Of a DNA stretch of 64,000 nucleotides, positions 36,323 to 48,858 are shown one piece after another. The notes beneath the pieces are model-generated. The model was given only the letters and a program-made list of their open reading frames with translations, was not told the origin of the DNA and did not search any database. Position 1 is the stretch's first letter; each line of letters starts with the position of its first letter. This DNA is from Azolla caroliniana (Eukaryota > Plantae > Polypodiophyta). Where the stretch lies: NCBI GenBank assembly GCA_043228905.1, contig JBHGNT010000001.1:5828001-5892000 (forward strand), given 5' to 3'. Made by a program: the position numbers and the translations under genes.

Positions 36323-39300
36323 TTCTCGAGGTGCTGGCCAGATGCCAAACTTGGGAGGAGTTCGAGCTGCAGCTCCTCGAGCAGTACAGGTTTGACGACT
36401 CGCTCTGGCTGTCGAGGCGGAACTTCATGGTGTGGGTGGAAAGCCCCGGAAAGGGGAGGAACACATCGGCGCTCCTCCAGGAGTTCGAAAAACGGTTCGC
36501 GCGGCTGTCGATGCTGGACCGGATGGTGCTCGAAACAAGTCGAGTACTGTTGTTTGTCAAGTCGGTGGATGCGCTCGAATGAGAAAAGGTGTGGCCCCTA
36601 TTGGAAACGGACGAAGGGCTCACGACGGACTGGGCCGTGGTAAAACGGGTTTGCAGCCGTTTCGACAAACGGCGCGATTGGAGCGACGGAAGCACGTCGG
36701 GGTCGGGGCCGGTCCCGGGGAGGAGGCTCGAGGAGCCAGTTTTGGTGCCGGCTGGGAGGAAGGAAGAGACCCGAATCTGGCCAGAGTCGGGGTCGGCATC
36801 GAACGACGTGGTCAGAGGCCCATCCGGAAGAGCGGCTTTGGAGGAGCTAACACAGATGGTGCACGACCTGCAGATCGCACAGGCCCGAAGAGACAGCGGT
36901 TAACAACCTCGCGACAGGAGGCTGCCGGCTGGGCAGCGGTGCATGTGGTGTGACGCGATTGGTCACATTCGGAAGGACTGCGTGGATTTTGCCGACGCGC
37001 TCAAGACCAATGTGGTGTACCTCTGTAACGAGCGGGTGCACGCGAGCGAGACCCGGAGAGCCCTGGAACTGAATACGGGGCGCGCCGGAATGAAGAGGTT
37101 GATGGAAGAGGCCGCGGCACGGCACGTTGAAGCCGTTAACTACTCAGTGTCGGTGGGAATTCGGGTCAGGGGTGATGAGACCCGGAAGGCAAAGGACTCC
37201 GGATTCTGGCCGCTAGTGCTAGAAGGCCTCTCCGGAGTTCGGCTGAGGAAGGAAGAGGCGGACCGCGTGGTACAGCGGGTCCAGGAGGTCAGCGGTTGGG
37301 ACGATCCAGTGGAAGAGAAAACGGGCTTCGTAGAAGCCACTTGCCAGAACTACGAGGTTCTGGTGGAGGACAAACGGGCAGGAAAGGCCGGAGGGGTCGG
37401 CCCCCCGTGATATGAGACCCGGTTCGGAAAGAAGTAGGCGGGGTTTCGGTTGTGCACTGAGATCGAAAGAACCACAAACCTGCGAAAGGTCCTGGAGGAA
37501 CGTATCCTCGACAGCAAAGTGGATTTGTCATTGCGGGAAGTGCTAGGAATCGCCAAGAGGGAGTTCCACGACTCTATCGTAGACTTGGTGAAGCGTAAGA
37601 GGCTCTCGATGGAGCCGGAACCGGAGAAGCTGGTGGAAGTGCGGACCACGCACCTAGAAGACGGAGCCTTGGAAGATGAGCTGGCGGGAAGCCACTACAC
37701 GAAGCCGCATTGGGCCAGGGTGACTACGGATCGACAACGTTCTGGAACCGGTGGTGGCGTTGGTGGACCATGGATCTGAAATCAACCTGATGTCCATGGA
37801 TTTCTACAAGAAGGGTAAATGGCCGATCAACACCAAGCATGGTTGGAAGATACGGGCAGCGACGCGCGCCACGAAAGAACTACATGGGGCCTGTCTGAAT
37901 GTACGGGTGAAAATCGGCGATGTCGACATCAACCAACACTTCTTCGTGCAGGAAATGTCCTCGCATCCGGTTATACTAGGAGAGCCATATATCACAGCGA
38001 CACAGATGGAGACCAAGGTGCTGGACAACGGTTAAGCCTATGCAAGAGTTAAGAGCCAGGACGGGCGTCACTCGGTCCAGTTCCTAACGGTGCGACCGAA
38101 CCACGAGCGTAACCACGTAGCCCTCGGCAGCGAAACCCGAGGGGATTTTTAGAGAGGGCTGTCAAGGCGTGGGGCCGTGATAGTCCGGACACTCGGGAAG
38201 AACCCCACAAATGTACAGTACGGAAGAAGACCTATACCATAGGTAGGAAATTTTGGTTATCCGACAGCGGAGGTTGTACTATTACTAGCGTCAGTGGCAG
38301 GGAGAGGAAGCGAGCAGAGGAGTGGCTCAGGGGATGTGGAGTTCTCTTCCCCGACAAGGACATCAGCGGCGCCGTGGAGGCAGTCTCTTTTGACGACACC
38401 TTGGGCGAACTACGAAAGGTGATCGGTGAAGACCTTAGGGAAGACCGAACCGTTCCGGTAGGGTCAATGGGAATGTACGAAGTCATTGCAGACTTCGGGG
38501 AAAGGATCGGGTCGGATCGGACGGCCCGCGTGGATACGAAATACAAGACTATGGACCGGAAGGTGAGGCCAGTCGCGGCACCCTTGCCGGAGGGCAACGA
38601 GGAGCGGATGAAAAGGGTTGCGTCGGACCCAAGTTTACGAAATCCAGCTGGCATAGGGCACTGGTTCACCGACATAACGCTACGGGAGCTGAAGGTCGGT
38701 GGGGGCGGCTTCCTACTGCCGGTGGAGGAGGACCGGTTTCGGAAAATGCTCGGGAGGCACGGGAAGGCTTTCCCATTCTCACCGGAGGAGATCGGGTGCG
38801 TAGACCTGACGGTTGTCAAACCGATGGTGATCTTCACGGTACCGCATGTACCGTGGAATCTCAAGCCGATTCCGGTGCCAAGAGCTCACATCCCGAAGTT
38901 GATGGAGCTCCTAAAGCAAAAGGTGGAGATGGGCATCCTCGAACCGTCGAGTGCCCCGTATTCGAATCAGTGATTTACGGTGCCGAAGAAGAACGACACG
39001 TTGCGCTTCATCAGCACCTACAACCGGTCAACAAGGTGACCATCCGTAATGCAGGGATCGGACTGACCATAGACGAGTTCCCGGAGGCCTTTGCTGGAAG
39101 GTCGATTTATTCTGTCGGTGATCTGTACTCGGGGTACGATCAGTTCCAACTATCCGTGGAGAGCAGAGACATTACGACGATGCGGACTCCTCTCGGCCTA
39201 GTGCGGATGTGTACCCTGCGACAAGGAGGGACGAACTCAGTGGCTGACATGGTGAATGCGATGAAGAAAGTGCTCAGGGATTGTATCCTGGACATCACCA

Positions 39301-40515
39301 TGCCGTTCTTAGATGACATCCCGATGAAGGGATGCCCGGTGGAGAAAAGGGACGAGGCAATCGGTCCGGACGGATGTTAGAAATTCGTGGCGTCCCACAT
39401 CGATGACTACGAGAAGGTGCTGCAGAGACTAGAGCACGCGAGGCTCACCTTCTCCGGGAAAAAGTCGGCCTTTGGACAGTCGGAGATCTTGGTGGTCGGA
39501 CACCTGTGCGGGCCTTATGGTAGGAAACCGTCTCCGGCAAAGGTAGAGACCATCTCCGCGATGAGGAACGATTGAGGGTCGGTCACGGAGGTCCGCAGAT
39601 TCTTGGGGGCATGCGCGTTCTACCACATCTGAATCCCGCACTACGCACATGTCGCGGAACCCTCTACGGACTATTGAAAAAGGGGCGTAGCTTTTGTTAA
39701 CTCTTAGGGCCCGACAATGGCCTAACACAGGGTGTCTACGGAAAACACTTCACTAAAGGGGTGTTACGGCAAGAGGATTAGGCTCAACGATTAATCCGAC
39801 TTAATTAGGTCACTTATCAAGATCGTCCTTAATAATCACACGCGTAAGATATAACAGTGAATGCAGAACGGCAATTAACATAGAGATGAAAACACTAAGC
39901 TTCATTAATTATCCGCTGCTCATTACATTGTATCCGGGCGTTTAACTAGGTTTCCGGTTTGTAGTACAAAACGGTGTCATCCGCACCTATTCGGGAACGG
40001 TCCGTATCCGGAATGGCATACCAATTCCGGTCCGTTCGTCCACACTAATAGCTTACTTACAACCATTCCTTAATAATTAAATAGCTCCTTCGTTTCACAC
40101 TCTGGACTCCTATGCCGGCCGGTAACACATGGCATGCCCGTGGGACAGTACCTTGTACGTCGAATCCACCATCCGACCCTTGCTATTCTTCATCCAAAAT
40201 ATCCAGAATGCTTTGTTCGAGAGTCTCCAATGGTTCATCTGGAATTGGTTGTTGTTGTTGTTATGGTTGCTGCTGCTACTGTTGCTGCTCCGTTGATAGC
40301 TGCTGCGACTGGTCCTTTGGTGGCTGCTGCAGCTGCTCCTCCATTTGTTGCTCTAACACCGGCGTTTCCGTCGTTGCTCCCTCCGTCGTAGTGGTCTCCG
40401 GTTGACTGGTTCCGGCCTGGCCCTCGGCCGGCGACGGTTCCTCATCACTAAGGTTAATCGTTGCCGCTTCCCGTGCTTTTTCTTCCCGAACCCGGGACCA
40501 CCCGTAGCTCTCAAA

Positions 40516-42978
40516 CTAGATTTGAGCATCCAGCCTATCATCGTCTAGTTGAGCTACGAGTTGCCGGACCTGCACCAGCTGTTCATCCGCCAGGACTTGG
40601 AAGTCTTCAGCCAGCTCGTCCCGTAAGGCGGTGAAGTCCTCGTAAGTCAACGTGTAACAATCATCTCCTTCCTTCCGCCGGTTTTCCACGTCTGCCCGTA
40701 GCAATTGGAGTTCCGCCGTATTTTGTGCCCACTTTGTCCACCATCTTACGGAGCTTTCGTCAATCAAGCGTTTTGTCTGATTTAGCCATGCCCGGAGGAT
40801 GCACTAAATCCGGCTCGTTCCCATCTGCGATTTGATCTCCGCAGCTTGCCGTTCCTCCTTCAATTGCTTGATGATTTTGACGTTGTCTTCCACCTGGTCC
40901 TTGTAATGCGTCAATTGCCTTTGATATGTGCTTTGTAATTTTTGCAATACCGTTGTCGCTCTCTCCCTTTCTTCCTGCGGCTAACTCTGGAGCTCCATCC
41001 AGACCTTCTCCGCCTCGTCCAACTGTCTTGTATTTTCCGCTTGTTCGTCGGCGAGCGCCGTCGCAGCCTGATCAACTTCCTGTCGGAGCTCGGCCATCCG
41101 TTCCTTATGCTCCGTTTCCAGCCGTTTGTAGTCCCGGTGCAGGTGCTCAAAATCATTTGTCTTTTGCTTGAGCCGTACGTTGATCTGCCGACGGGTCCGG
41201 TCCTCGCGGTCCTTCTACTGGCGGAGCTCCTCCTTTAGCCGTTCAATTTCCGTTTCCGCCGTCTTCCGCAGCTTGTCCTTTTCCTGAAGCACTTTGTCCT
41301 TTTCCTCCCTTAGCCGGTCGTACACTTGATGGCCTTTCCGGAGGCTCTCCTCTGCCCGGTGGAGGTTCTCAGCAGTCTTCTTTAATTCTGCTTCGGCCGC
41401 TGTCTTCAATTCCCGTTCACGGCTCCTTAGCGCTTCTTGTGCGGCAAGTTCATCTCTCAATTCCGCAAGCTCCTGGGCTTGCGCCACATCTCTCTCTAGA
41501 ATAGTTTCCGTTGCCGGGGTCTTATTAGTATGTACAGGTTGCTCTGTTTCTTTATTCTGTACACTTACCGGAGTCATCGGTGATTGGATCTGTGTTGCCG
41601 TTAAGGCCATTTTGGCCATTTCTGCTGTGACCTGATCCAAGTCTTTTTCAAGGCACCGGATTCTGGACCGGGCCGTCTCTAGTTGTTCGGTTGTGACGAG
41701 AAACCGTTCGCTTTGCGCTCTTTCTTCCGCCTCAATATACCCCACTGCTCTAGCAATCTGTTCGCCTATCCACCAGAGCCACAGGCTACCGGTGCATTGT
41801 TGTTGCGCTTGCACGGAGGTTTGACGGATGGGCTCGCTTGTGGGTGGGTGGTCCCACCTGATTGTGCCGAGTTGCAATTCCGTTTCTGCCCGTGGAACAC
41901 CCTCCTGTCCTAGTTCCCCTTGCGCTTCTTCTTGGTTGGCCGAGGGAGGCTGCATTGACCTTTCCGGCTCTAGCGGAATGGGACTTGTTGGTGCTGCCGG
42001 TGGTGCAGGGGCTTCTGATTCCGGTGCCATGCGCACCGGTTTCGGTTCCTCCCTTGGCGTGGGAGTCTCAGTATGGGGAGCCGGTGTTCCCTCCGTCTAA
42101 GGGTCTGAATGTTTCCCGGCTGCCTCAACGGTCCTTGCCGACGATCGTCGTTGGAGGTGCTCCGTAGGCTCCTCCTCTATTTCCTCCTCATGAGTCCCAG
42201 CATTGAGTTTCGCCGCCAAGGGGTCCGCTTCTCTATTCACCGGTCGGCGGAGTGTAATCTTTACGGGCCGTACCGGTGGTTCCTCCTGCGCATCCGTTGG
42301 CCGCTTCCGGCTAGCGCTCTCCTTTCCCGCCTGTTCTGCGTTCGCCGCCTTCCCCTTAGTGTCCTTAGAAGCCAACAACTATTGTCTTTTGGAAGCAGTC
42401 TTTGGGGTGCCGTCCGCCACTCTTCCCCTTAGTGGCCCGACGGGTGGCACAAGCAAGGTGAGCCACTGCGTTACTGCGTGCCATATCCTCCGTCCTTCTC
42501 GGCCTTCTTTGCCGACTTTTCCTCTGACGATCTCGATTGCCGCACACAAACCATCTGCGATCAATACTGGCCAATCCACCTTGATCCCTTCATAGGTGGT
42601 GATGATCATCCCTGCCCGGTTCTGCGGCATGACAGGGGGTCTAGGGTACACATGGCCGTATTCATGGAGCACACGGGCAATCTCGTGGAACAACATATCT
42701 CTGCCGCCCTGTGTCCGGTAGCCCTTGCTGGCTAGGGAGTACTCACCAAAATACTTGATGAGTTGCTCCGAGGTCGGATTGTCGATCGTGAATATGCCTC
42801 CCTCCGGAAGGCTTGTTAACGCACGGATCGCCTCCGCCGTTATGACCTCTGTGTCGATTTCTTTGATCACCTTGTTGGCTTCTTTGTGTGGCGGTACCTC
42901 CATAATCGTGAAGAAGCCCTTGAGCCCGTGTTGCTTTAGCCATTTCTTGGCGGCTTCCGACAACGTTTGCAGTTCCAT
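40516..42978 (-). pseudogene. Extra ORF of family D (about 820 codons): globular N-terminal domain, P/E-rich linker, long coiled coil
   Basis: ORF pieces 42379-43200, 42097-42378, 41215-42036 and 40516-40767 are in one frame, separated largely by single TAG stops. Confidence 0.75.
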
Positions 42979-43369
42979 GTCTGTGTCGAGGTCGGATTGT
43001 GGTGGCGAGGTTGGATGGTGATGAGAGTGAGAGAGAGAGAGAGAGAGTTCAGAAAGCGGGGGTTCTCTGTGCGTAGGTTCTCGTATGGTGATCTTCCAAC
43101 GCCTTGGTGCTTCTGTGCTCCTGGGTTCGTGAAAGTAGAAGGTCTCCATGCACTGTGGTTTTTCTCTGTGCATTCTGGAGCCTTTTTCGAGCGTGTGCAC
43201 GTCGTGTCCTAAAATAGCATTATGTCCTGTGGCGGCACTTAAATGCCCACTACGTACCTTTTCGCTCCTCGCTCTCTCGTCCGTTCATACCTCGTTTTTG
43301 CATGATTACTTCGCTTTTTTCTTTTCTTTTATTATTATTATTATTATTATTAAAAAATGTAGTGTGAGG

Positions 43370-46300
43370 TTACTTGTCCGTTGGTCCAATCGAACCCTTA
43401 CCGGCCTCATTACTGTTTGTCGTCGCCTCATTTTCCTCAGTTACCAGCTTGCCGTTTGCTCCGTCTTGGTTGTTGCCGTTTCCCTCACAGGTTGTCGTTT
43501 CCGCACCGGTTCCCGATCCAGTGTCGGTCCTTTGCTCAAATGGGTTCTTGGGCATCGGTCCTCTATATGGCTTCAATCTGAATCCGTTGACCCATTTGCC
43601 TAGCACTTCGCCGGCAAGTGTCCCTAACTGGTATGACCCATTATACTCATGTGTCAGCCAATACGGGTCGGTCCATCTAAACCGTAGTTTACCCGGCATC
43701 TTGCCCATCCGGGTCTGAAATACTAACACCGGCTTGCCGATTTCGAACATTTTTTCATTTCCTTTCCTATGCCGGTCAACAAATGCTTTCCGTCGCCGTT
43801 GTTCCAATTCTAAATGCAGGATGCTTGCCAATCGTTGTTCCTCGAGTTCACACAGCGCTGTTAACCGTATTGCCTCCGACTCCTTCTTGTTCAGCTGTTC
43901 CCGTAGCTGGATCCGTAATCTTGGTTCTTGGAATTCCACCGGCATGACCGCCTCTAGTCCAAATGCTAATCGGAACGGTGTTCTTCGGATGCTCGTTTTG
44001 TATGTTGTCCGGTATGCCCAAAGCGCACTATGTAGCTTGGTATCCCAATCCGTTCGGTTTTCGTTGATGATCTTCCAGAGGATATTCTGGAGTGTTTTGT
44101 TCGTCGACTCAGCTAACCCGTTTGCTTGCGGATAGTACGGTGTGCTCCGTTTATGGACAACGGCATAGAATGTCATCAGGCTTTCAACTACTTGGCCGAG
44201 AAAGTGCCCCCCTTGGTCGCTTATTAATTCGATTGGGCATCCGTAACGGCACCAGATGTATTCGTATAGAAATTTGGCCGTTGACGCAGCGGTGTTGTCT
44301 CTTAAGGCTTTGGCCTCCACCCATTTCGTGCAGTAATCCGTCGCGACGATGATGTACCGATTACCTGTTCTCATTGCCGGTGGTTTGAACGCTCCAACAA
44401 AGTCTAGCCCCCACTTCTGGAATGGTTCGAGTGGTAGTACAGGCTGGTGTGGCATCCGAGCTTGCTCCGTTGGCTGGCCCATTCACTGGCATAGTTCACA
44501 TTCTTTTGCGTACCGTACAACATCTCTTAATGTAGTTGGCCACCATAGGCCACTTTGCCATATTTTCCTGGCCGTCGCATCTCCGGCATAGTGACCTCCG
44601 GCAACTCCGCAGTGGGCTTCCCTCAGTATGAGGTCTTTTTCATCGCTGCACACAGCCCGTCTCCAAATGTCGTCCACGCCCTTGTGGTAAAGTGTGTCTC
44701 GCAGTACGCAGAAATGTCGGCTTTGCACCGCCAGGCGTTTCCTATCGTCTCGGTTCATCTCCTCCGGAGGCAGTCCTGTGCTCAGAAACTGGTGCATATT
44801 TGTGAGCCACTGGTCTTCTTGTGCCACCGTCTCATCTGTTGTCATTTCCGTAGTGACTCGAAACAGCTCCGCATCCGAAAACTCGTCCGCTACTCCGTCG
44901 CCCGTCTCTCCGGACTCTAGTCGACTTAAATAATCCGCTACGACATGCTGTATACCGGGTCGGTGGAATATTTCGAACTCGAATTCCTGTAATAGTAAGG
45001 TCCACCGGGCCAACTTACCGGTGAGTGACGCCTTGGACACCAGGTAGAGGAGTGCCGAATGATCTACATGGAAGGAAAACTTCCTTCCCAATAAATAATG
45101 CCGAAACTTTGTCACACTGTAGATCATCCCTAGAGCTTCCCGTTCCGTGGTAGAGTAGTTCCGTTCCGCTTGGGATAGCTTTCGGCTGGCATAGTACACT
45201 GGCCGGTACCACTTTGGCTCCGTAAGCTGCATCAGTACGCTTCCGATTGCGATGTCGGAGGCGTCCACCAACACATGAAATTCTTTACTCCAATCCGGAG
45301 GCTGCACTATCGGTGCTTGCGACAATAGTACCTTGAGGGCCCTATACGCCCTATCCTCGATGTCGGTCCACTGGAATGGTGTTCGATGTACCGCGGCATG
45401 CAACGGTGTAGCCAGGTCGGCCAAGTATCGGAGCATCCGGCTGTGCCACCGGATCTGGCCTAAGAACCGGCTCAATGCCTTTGCCGTTGCCGGCGTCGGT
45501 GCTTCTAATATGGCTTTCACTTTGTCCGGGTCGACTGCAATGCCTTCCTGGCTCACAATATGTCCTAGTAGGGTTCCACTTGACACGCCAAATACACACT
45601 TCGCCGGATTCAAGCTTAGCCGGTACGCTCTACACTTTTCTAGACAAAGGCGGAGGTGCTACAAATGATCCTCTTCCTGGCTATAGACGGCGAAATCGTC
45701 AAGGAAAACCTGCATAAAAGCCGATATATATTCACCAAAGATTTCCATGATGATTCATTGGAATGTTGCCGGTGCCATTTTGAGTCCGAACATCATCACC
45801 ACGGCCACAAATACCCCCCATTCGGTCGTCGGGGTTCATCCGGATCTGATTATACCCGTTGAATCCATCTAGAAAGCTATAGACCTCATGGCCGGCGACA
45901 ACATCCAACACTCCATCTGTGAACGGAAGTGGAAACGCATCCGTTACCGTAGCCGCATTGAGTTTCCGGTAGTCCACACAAACTCGAATTTTTCCATTCT
46001 TCTTAGGTATGACTACGATCGGGCTCATCCATGTCGCTTTCTTTACCGGACGGATAAAGCCAACTCTTAGCAGTTTGTCGATTTCCTCCTTGACTTTGGC
46101 GGCATAATTGGGATTCATCCGGTACCGTCTTTGTGCCACTGGTTTTGCGTCCTTGCTCAAGTGAATCTGATGCTGGTATAACTGAGGGTCGAGCCCTCGC
46201 ATGTCTTCGTATGACCAGGCAAACACGTCGCGAAATTCCGTGAGAAGTGTGATCATCGCCGTTTTGTCGTCGGACCTCATCTCCTTGGCGATGTGCACTA

Positions 46301-48858
46301 GTTTTGCTTCGTCCGTGGTCCCTAGGTTCACCTCTTCCCGTTCCAACGCTTCCTGCGCTTGCCGTAACTCTCGGATTGTGTCCTTATCCGGTTCTGCTTC
46401 AGTCTCTTCCGGCTGTGGTAAGTATGGTGCTACTGCTTCGGCAATGTCAATTTCGAAGAGGGGTACGATCTTCGGGTTTTCCTGCAAGTACTGAGCTTCT
46501 TCTTTGTCAACTAACCCTTCTAGCATGTTGACGCACTCTGCATACAACGGTGTACATTCCTTGCCAGTGCTCGTCCTTGGCTGTGTTGGTACACGTACCT
46601 TGGCTGTGTCGTTTTCAACCACGGCCGCCCCCGCAATAGCGGGTATACGCCTTGTGCCTGTAATTGTAGCACTACTGCCGAGATGTGAAATGTATGACCG
46701 CCAACGGTGACTTCTAATTTTCGTATTAATCCTGTCGGCCGCACTGAGCTTGTATCGGCCATCCGTAACCAGAACGGACACGGCTCCCACTCGTGGATTC
46801 CCAGGGCATCACACGTCCGGATGCTTATTACATTCACACCGAAGCCTCCGTCTATTACTGTGTCGAGGAGTTCTTTCCCTTTTACAATGGCAGTAATTAC
46901 CGAACTATTGGTGTCCACCACCGTTGGTCCCTCATCCGGATTCGAGAAGAGTACCGGTGCCGGTGATGATTCTCCTTCCGTCATGGCTGTCTTCAGTCCT
47001 TCCGTGAATCTCGGCAGGAGCTGTAGGAGTCTTCCTAGTGGCAGCGTAATCTGGCATTCTTGCAACGCCTGCCATGTCTCGTTCTCGGAGTGACTGCCGC
47101 CGGCAAGCCCTATGGTGTTCTCCTTTTGCCGCTCTAAGTCTGTTACATTTTGCTCGTTTGCTTTCTTCACCCATTCCATCGCTTGCTTCCGGATGGTCTC
47201 CTGCGTCTCCCATTCCTTGGCCATGCCCTTTGACCTTGTGGTCACCTGCTGCAGATCTGCCACTTCAGGGACTACCATATTTACTGTCGGTCGTTTGTCA
47301 TAGCTCTTCGCTGGGCATTGATTACTATAATGGCCATCCTGTCGGAAGTAGTAGCAATAGGCTTTCTGGGTATTGCTGGATTCAGCATTTTTTGTTGTAC
47401 CCGGGGCAGGTCCTGTGGTAAGCGCGGGGTTTTGGGCCACTTGGTTGCTTGAAGCTGCTTGTTCCGGATCCCGTGGGTGGCCGCCTTTTTTGAAATGCCT
47501 TTTTTTGTTATAGTTCTTCTTATTGCGGTACTCTTGATGCGGTTGGTCGTTATATCTGCCGTATTCCTCCCATTGCTGACGATACCCGGGGGAGTGCTCC
47601 CGGTCATACTGTTCGTATCGTCTATTGTAATCCCGGTACCAATCATATCTATCGTCCCAATCGTAGTTATCCCGCCGATCACCGTATCGGACATCATTCT
47701 CCCGTCGATCGCCATACCGGACATCCTGTGCCGGTCGGTATCGGTCCATTTGCCGCCAACGTTCCTCTTCTTCATCCCGGCTGCTGCGTGGCTCTATTTG
47801 TCAGACGGGCGGTGCTTGCCGGTTCAATAGATTATACTCGCACCTATCCGTCGTATGGCCCTTGGATTGACAAATTACACATTGCGTCCTCATAGTGCAT
47901 TCTAGTACCGAGTGTCCGGAATTCAAGCAATTTGTGCACTGTATTGCTTGCCGAAACCGGAGGTCTTCATCGGACGGTAACGCCCGTTGGAGTGCTCCCA
48001 GTGTGAGCCAGGACCTTGTCTTTTCCATCTCTCTCACCCGGTCAATGACCTAGTCGATGGTACTTGCGCGGAAGTCAATTATCGTGCAAACCGTGCGTAG
48101 GGGTTCCCGGAGCTCATTTAGGAATATAATCCGTAATTCCTCCTCCGGGGGTACGCGGGCAAGCTGACTATGCATCCGTTGAAACCGGATGACAAACTGG
48201 GGAATGATCTCCCCTGCCTCTTGTCGGATGGTATAAAACAAGCCCACCATTTCTGTCTGGTCCACCACCTTTTGGAAAAAATGCAAGAATTTAGCTTTTA
48301 AAATCTGCGAAGGTGGTGATGGTAGACGGGTCCTGCGTCCGGCGCCATCTTGTTGCCGGTCCCTCCAATGTGACGCCAAATTCCGCTATCTTAGAGCGTT
48401 CCTCTTCCTCCAGAGTCAATCGCTGGGACACATGGTTTGCTTCCCATGTCTGTTCAAAGGCGTGAACATGAGCTTCCGCATCCGGATCATCTCTATACTT
48501 GGAGTACTGGAACGGCATGTCGTCGTCCGGTATCGGTGCGCGGGCTAGTGATGTTGGTGGTCGTTCCTGGTTTTTCTCCGGCGTCAGTGGTCTTTCCTAA
48601 TTTGTCTCCGGCGTCGGTGGTCTTTCCTCTTCTTTTGGTGACGGAGGCCTCTCGTCCTCGACTTCCGGTGTAGAAGGTCACTCTTCCTCTGCTTCTGGTT
48701 CTGGAGGTTCCAACCTTAGCACTTCCGGTTCCGGTGTCGGTAAGGTGTCTGCCCGGGGTTTCGTTGCTGCTACGGTAGTTTGTGTGCACGTTGTATTCCC
48801 CTTCAGAATCCGATTCATACACTGAAAAGGCTTCTGCTTCGCCTTCTCCGCTTGCCAA
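43370..48858 (-). pseudogene. Decayed gag-pol of family D
   Basis: Gag (48858-47800), zinc-knuckle-like CTNCLNSGH, PR VIDGG, RT with an internal deletion, RH, IN. Confidence 0.9.
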
